The notes under the pieces were generated by a model, which saw only the letters and a list, made by a program, of their open reading frames with translations, had not been told where the DNA came from and searched no databases. A stretch of DNA of 55,586 nt, filler included, from Trypethelium eluteriae (Eukaryota), in assembly GCA_051942245.1 (NCBI GenBank). It is 3 parts of 3 records of this genome, joined end to end, with 100 filler letters (N's around TTAATTAATTAA, not from the genome) between each part and the next. Parts side by side here need not be neighbours in the genome. Positions count along the whole stretch, not along the records: positions 37,136 to 55,586 come from JAVECL010000564.1; 2 more parts are not named here. One strand, 5' to 3'. Of the stretch, positions 51,367 through 55,586 are shown one piece after another (the first letter of the stretch is position 1; the number at the start of each line of letters is the position of its first letter). A program made the translations under genes and the position numbers.

Positions 51367-54300
51367 ATGGCGCCTTCACTGTCGTCGATTCGTCCTGGGA
51401 CGAGTGACCGCAGTGAACGTCCTCCAACCCGCGAAGGCGAGAGCCTTTCGATTCCCAATCGTACCTCATCTTTACACTCCAAAGTTACGCAGCCCTTGCC
51501 ATCTGCCCTCAATGCCGGTAAACCTAATCAGCGAACTCCGAAGACGTTGACCCATGCATACATGGTCTGTGGCGTTGGAAGAGAGCCTTCCCAATGGGTC
51601 AAGGCACCACCTCCAAGTCAGGGCAAGATTGGGCACATGAAGGGTGCCGTGGGCCAATTCTGGCTTCCTGAAATCCTTGGAAGCAGTCCTAGACTGGAGC
51701 AGGATAATGAAGTCGCCAGATCATTGCATGCTGCTATGAGGGTAAGTCCGAAGTTCAATCCACGATTCGGATTCCCGGGAAAGTCGCGGAATCCGTTTCG
51801 GCAAGTCCTCTCCCGCAAAGCTAACGTGTATCAAAGGCTTGCTTTCCTCACGACGTTGAGATCTGTACTGGAACAAGCCAGCCTCATTGTGTTCACCACG
51901 CGTTCGTCCTTCAGCAGGATTCATCCCGCACTCTCTATGGCATTGCCTTGCGTGTCTGGTCACGAGCTGATGAAAAGCGTGCCGAGACGATCCGTGATCT
52001 CCGAAAGAGGACAGAGTCAGATTACTATGATTCACCAAGTGAGACGTATTGGATTCCATACTGTCTGAGCTTCCTTTCAAGATATCCCCTCTACAATCTG
52101 CTTGGGGATTATCTCCGTGGCATGTGGATTCACTGGAACAAGGCGACGAACCTCTTTCATGCTGAAGAAGTCTCCCGCATTCTAAGCTTCCCCGCCCCCA
52201 GGCTCAATGACCTCGTTCGGATCGATATGAAAGATTACGCTCTATGCTATCAATTCCCATCTTCTCCAACCGGTTTCCAAAATTTCTCAATGTGGCCACT
52301 CTTCACCTGTTTATCTATTCCCAATATCGTTGGCGTTCTCGAGGCCGCCGTCTCTCCTACACGTCGTATCATCTTTATCAGCCATTATTCAGCCATGCTT
52401 ACAGTTGCCGCTGAATCCATCCGATTCCTTGTGCGAGTGTACGAATGGAGTGGTCTCTACGTTCCGGTCGTCAATGCCCGCCACGCGAAAGAATTGGTGC
52501 AAGAGCCTGGACCCTATATTCTGGGTATTACAGCTGAATGTCGAACACTCTTCACCGCTCCAACCGATGCGTTGGTGGTGGATCTAGATCGGAACTTCGT
52601 TCTCACATCAAGTCCACCTTCAGTACTCACCGCTGGCCAGCGAACGAAGATGATTAACAGATTGACTCAGGCTTTGAATGGTGAAGTCGCTCCGTCAGGT
52701 GTTCCTCAACACCTACGATCAGCGTACGGTGGTGGTAAATTGATCCCCGCGGGACAGATCATTGTTATGAGAGGTGAAGTGGAGAGCATCCAGGACCCTG
52801 ACTGGTGGAATCAAGATCGCGTCATGTCTGTCGTAGACCATGCTTGCGAGAAGCTTGTAAGTATCACTAACCGTAATCTCAGCATTGACTTTCTTATTAA
52901 CAATTCATCCCAGGGACGCAATACCGGTGTCAAAGCTCTTTTCGGTGGATCCCAAAAGAAGCCACTTATGACAAAGGTCTCTATGAGACATCTCAACGAG
53001 ATTGTCCGCGAGCGCAACCAGTACTCAAGAGACGCGATGGAAGCCTGGCAGGATTTCATCAACCTGAAAGGCCGTATGGACACAGAACTCTCCAAAGTCA
53101 CCAAGAGAAACAATTTCCTCGTCGAGGAGCTCGAGAGCTGGAAACAACAGTTCCTCAAATTCCAAGCGTTTGCTGAACAGCTCACAAAGGAAACCCAGGA
53201 TCTCAAGGTTAAGATTGAATCTCACAAGAGAGAGAATAGGCGTCTCACAGTACAGATCGATCAACATCGGGATGAATCTGCTCGTCTTAACGGACGTCTC
53301 AACGGTACTGAGAAGCAGCGTGACGATGCCCTTGAGGCTCTTGTCTTGCAGCAGGAAATTGCCGAGGAACTCGAACGGGAGAGAAAGAGGAACAAGAAGG
53401 ATCTAACACAGCTTCAACATACGAATGCCACCATCTCGCGCCAGCGTGATGAGGCTCAGCGTGTGGTCCTTCATCTCCGCGCTCTGATCGACGGGCAAGC
53501 TCACCATATGGAACACATCGTCAAGAGTCTTGGGAACACTCCTGAGATCTCAGAATATATTGACGAAGAATTTGATGAAGCTGAAGAGGATCAGCAGTCA
53601 CCTGTTGAATCTCAACCCAGCAAGCCCGAATCCGCCGCCGAGGTCGGCAGAATTAGCGGTGTTCCCGGCGTCTCAGACAAGTCGCGGCCCTCATCACGCA
53701 CATCCACGACCGATGGCAAGCATCTCGACGGTGAAGACGTATCTCCCGACATGGAGACCCGCCTCCTGTCCAGTCCTGAGACGCGTAATCGCCTCGTCCG
53801 CCTCTCCATGACCGACGTTGCAGACCGCCATCTCCGTGACAAGACCGAGTCCATCGCCTACATTATCCGAAATATCAGCGAACAGTGTGCCGCCGCTGTT
53901 GAGGGCCTTCAGCTCGCCCAACGCGCTGACTCCATGGCTGAAAACGATGGCGCTCCCTCTCCAACTTCTCCCTCTTCTGCTACAGGCAAGAAGCACCTCC
54001 AAAATCACCGCCGCAACACCCACTCCACCGCCACGACCTCCGCTAATGGCTCTGAAGCCGGCGACGACAGCCACCTCTCGACGACTGGCAGTGAATCCGG
54101 TCGTGAAGGGAACCGACGCGCCTCCTCGATCCCGCCTACACCGGATCTTGTGCATAATCGCAGCAGCACGAGCATGAGCATCGCTAGTGCGAGCACTGCG
54201 CCGGATAATCGGTACAGCACACAGACATGGCGCAACGAGGAAGTGCCAGATGTGCCAACGCGGATCGTCGAGGGCAGCGAGGATCTTGGTGCACTGCCCA

Positions 54301-54425
54301 GGAGTGTAAGTGGAGAGATGGAGCCGGAAGAAGTGAGCGCAGAGCTAGACTCCGGCAGGAAATTTGCTCCCGGAGTGGTTCCGGCTGCGAGGGCTGGGGC
54401 CCAGCGGACCGCTGAGGCGCAGTGA
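51367..54425 (+). CDS. DENN-domain protein (putative Rab GEF) with a long C-terminal coiled coil
   Basis: Exons 51367-51741, 51837-52856, 52914-54425 (~968 aa). HAFVL..LYGIAL, IPYCLSFLSRYP, YVPVV..PGPYILG and ALVVDLD are uDENN/DENN-like; heptad-rich region from ~53000 to 53520. A probable 5'-UTR intron lies at 51038-51187. Confidence 0.85.
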
Positions 54426-55586
54426 GGAATGGAATAGCATAAACGTGGTGTTTCTACGGCAAAGGGTTATCGAGTGTTGTCCTTGACTGATATCATTCTA
54501 TGTTTACATGATCTTGGACTTGGCTTGGAGTCGGTGGAATTGTGGATTTCCGATTTTACTTGCAGGCTATATTATCCAATTTTGTGCATGAATACTTGGT
54601 GTGGAAGTTTCAGGATATATTCTTGGTCTTTATGGGAGCGACTATTTTACAGAGAACATCTCGATCCTATTTCGACGGCCGTCTACTCGATAGCGCAAAT
54701 GCTGGGTTGAGCAGAGTTGGGTTAAACACAGAACCTCAGAAAACAAATCAATTTCTCCATACCGCATTACTTGACCAAACCATTCGATTGTGATAAAGTT
54801 TGATCGCGTGGCCAAGTTACCTTACCATAGCCTACTTGACGCTCTCCACAATCAAATGCCGAGCCATGTTGATTATCCACGTAATCGGGCATGCGTACAT
54901 ATGTACGGGGTGTGTACTCGGTGCATACTTAGGGTTTCTCGGTCTGGGGAGGATCAAACGCTTTCCGTCACTCCCCAGCGGAGTCTGGACGAAAACGTCT
55001 CGAAGTCCTTCATTTTAAGACGAACATGCAATCGAGACCGGCGTAGCTGGAGCCTGGAACCCTGCAATTAAGATCGACTTCTTAAGGTATCAACATGACC
55101 ATATAATTAATCCCATCAGAATCTGTCCACGGTGGCCGGGCCGTAACGTAGTTTTTTAGGCCCCGAGGCAAGCCGGGATACGAGATGCAGGCATCATGAC
55201 TTGCCTTTGATGGTGAAACTGCATCTTCACCATCCCCGCTCCTGCAGGAACGGACATTTTCCTACTTCAGGTGTTGACAGCGGGCTGGTGCTGCTTCTCT
55301 ACCCCGAATCGCGAAAACTTTAACGCATGGAGAATTATACGCTTCATCGGAGATGCACGATACTAGTACGAACCTTATTATTTGATTGAATATCGGAGAA
55401 TGATTCTTTGTTTACATCACACAGGCACGCCTCGCCTATACCAGCCCCCTGGCCCCCGCCACGCCCAGAGCCAGAGTCCGCACGCGACCCAGACGCTAAC
55501 GGCCATGCACCAGAACGTCACGGCGTAGCATTCCTTGCCATAGCACATCTGCTCCCCATCTTCCGCTGCAGCGCCCGCCCCCATCA

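Overview
Eukaryotic, intron-rich DNA from a filamentous ascomycete (Pezizomycotina; inferred from GT..CTRAC..YAG introns and gene content). I reconstructed 19 gene models by hand-splicing. Housekeeping genes: a Yju3-like lipase (partial), an OXNAD1-like oxidoreductase, a Trm61-like tRNA methyltransferase, DCR2 phosphoesterase, a 6PGD-like/DUF1932 dehydrogenase, exportin-T LOS1, an F-box protein, PP1/GLC7, an LRR protein, ATP16, a DUF2457-like acidic protein, BCD1 and a DENN/coiled-coil protein. Accessory-type genes fall in three places: (i) 11.4-17 kb, with a small Cys protein, a 6-exon secreted protein carrying glutamic-peptidase-like motifs and a lone O-methyltransferase; (ii) 27.6-31.1 kb, a large protein of ~23-aa 'EVxLRH' repeats with one in-frame TAG and a GC-AG intron; (iii) 39.6-46.9 kb, a Cys-rich Pca1/PcaA-type heavy-metal P1B-ATPase convergent with a NACHT NLR-like gene cut by one in-frame TAA near the boundary between its N-terminal domain and NACHT. 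Two 100-bp artificial assembly linkers (N44-TTAATTAATTAA-N44) truncate two genes. The most notable hidden signal is an optional 3' intron in PP1 that would switch the C-terminus between a TPPR (CDK-site) tail and a short FGRSR tail. I recognised no rRNA, tRNA, CRISPR array or intact transposon. Family assignments come from motif recognition, not from database searches.
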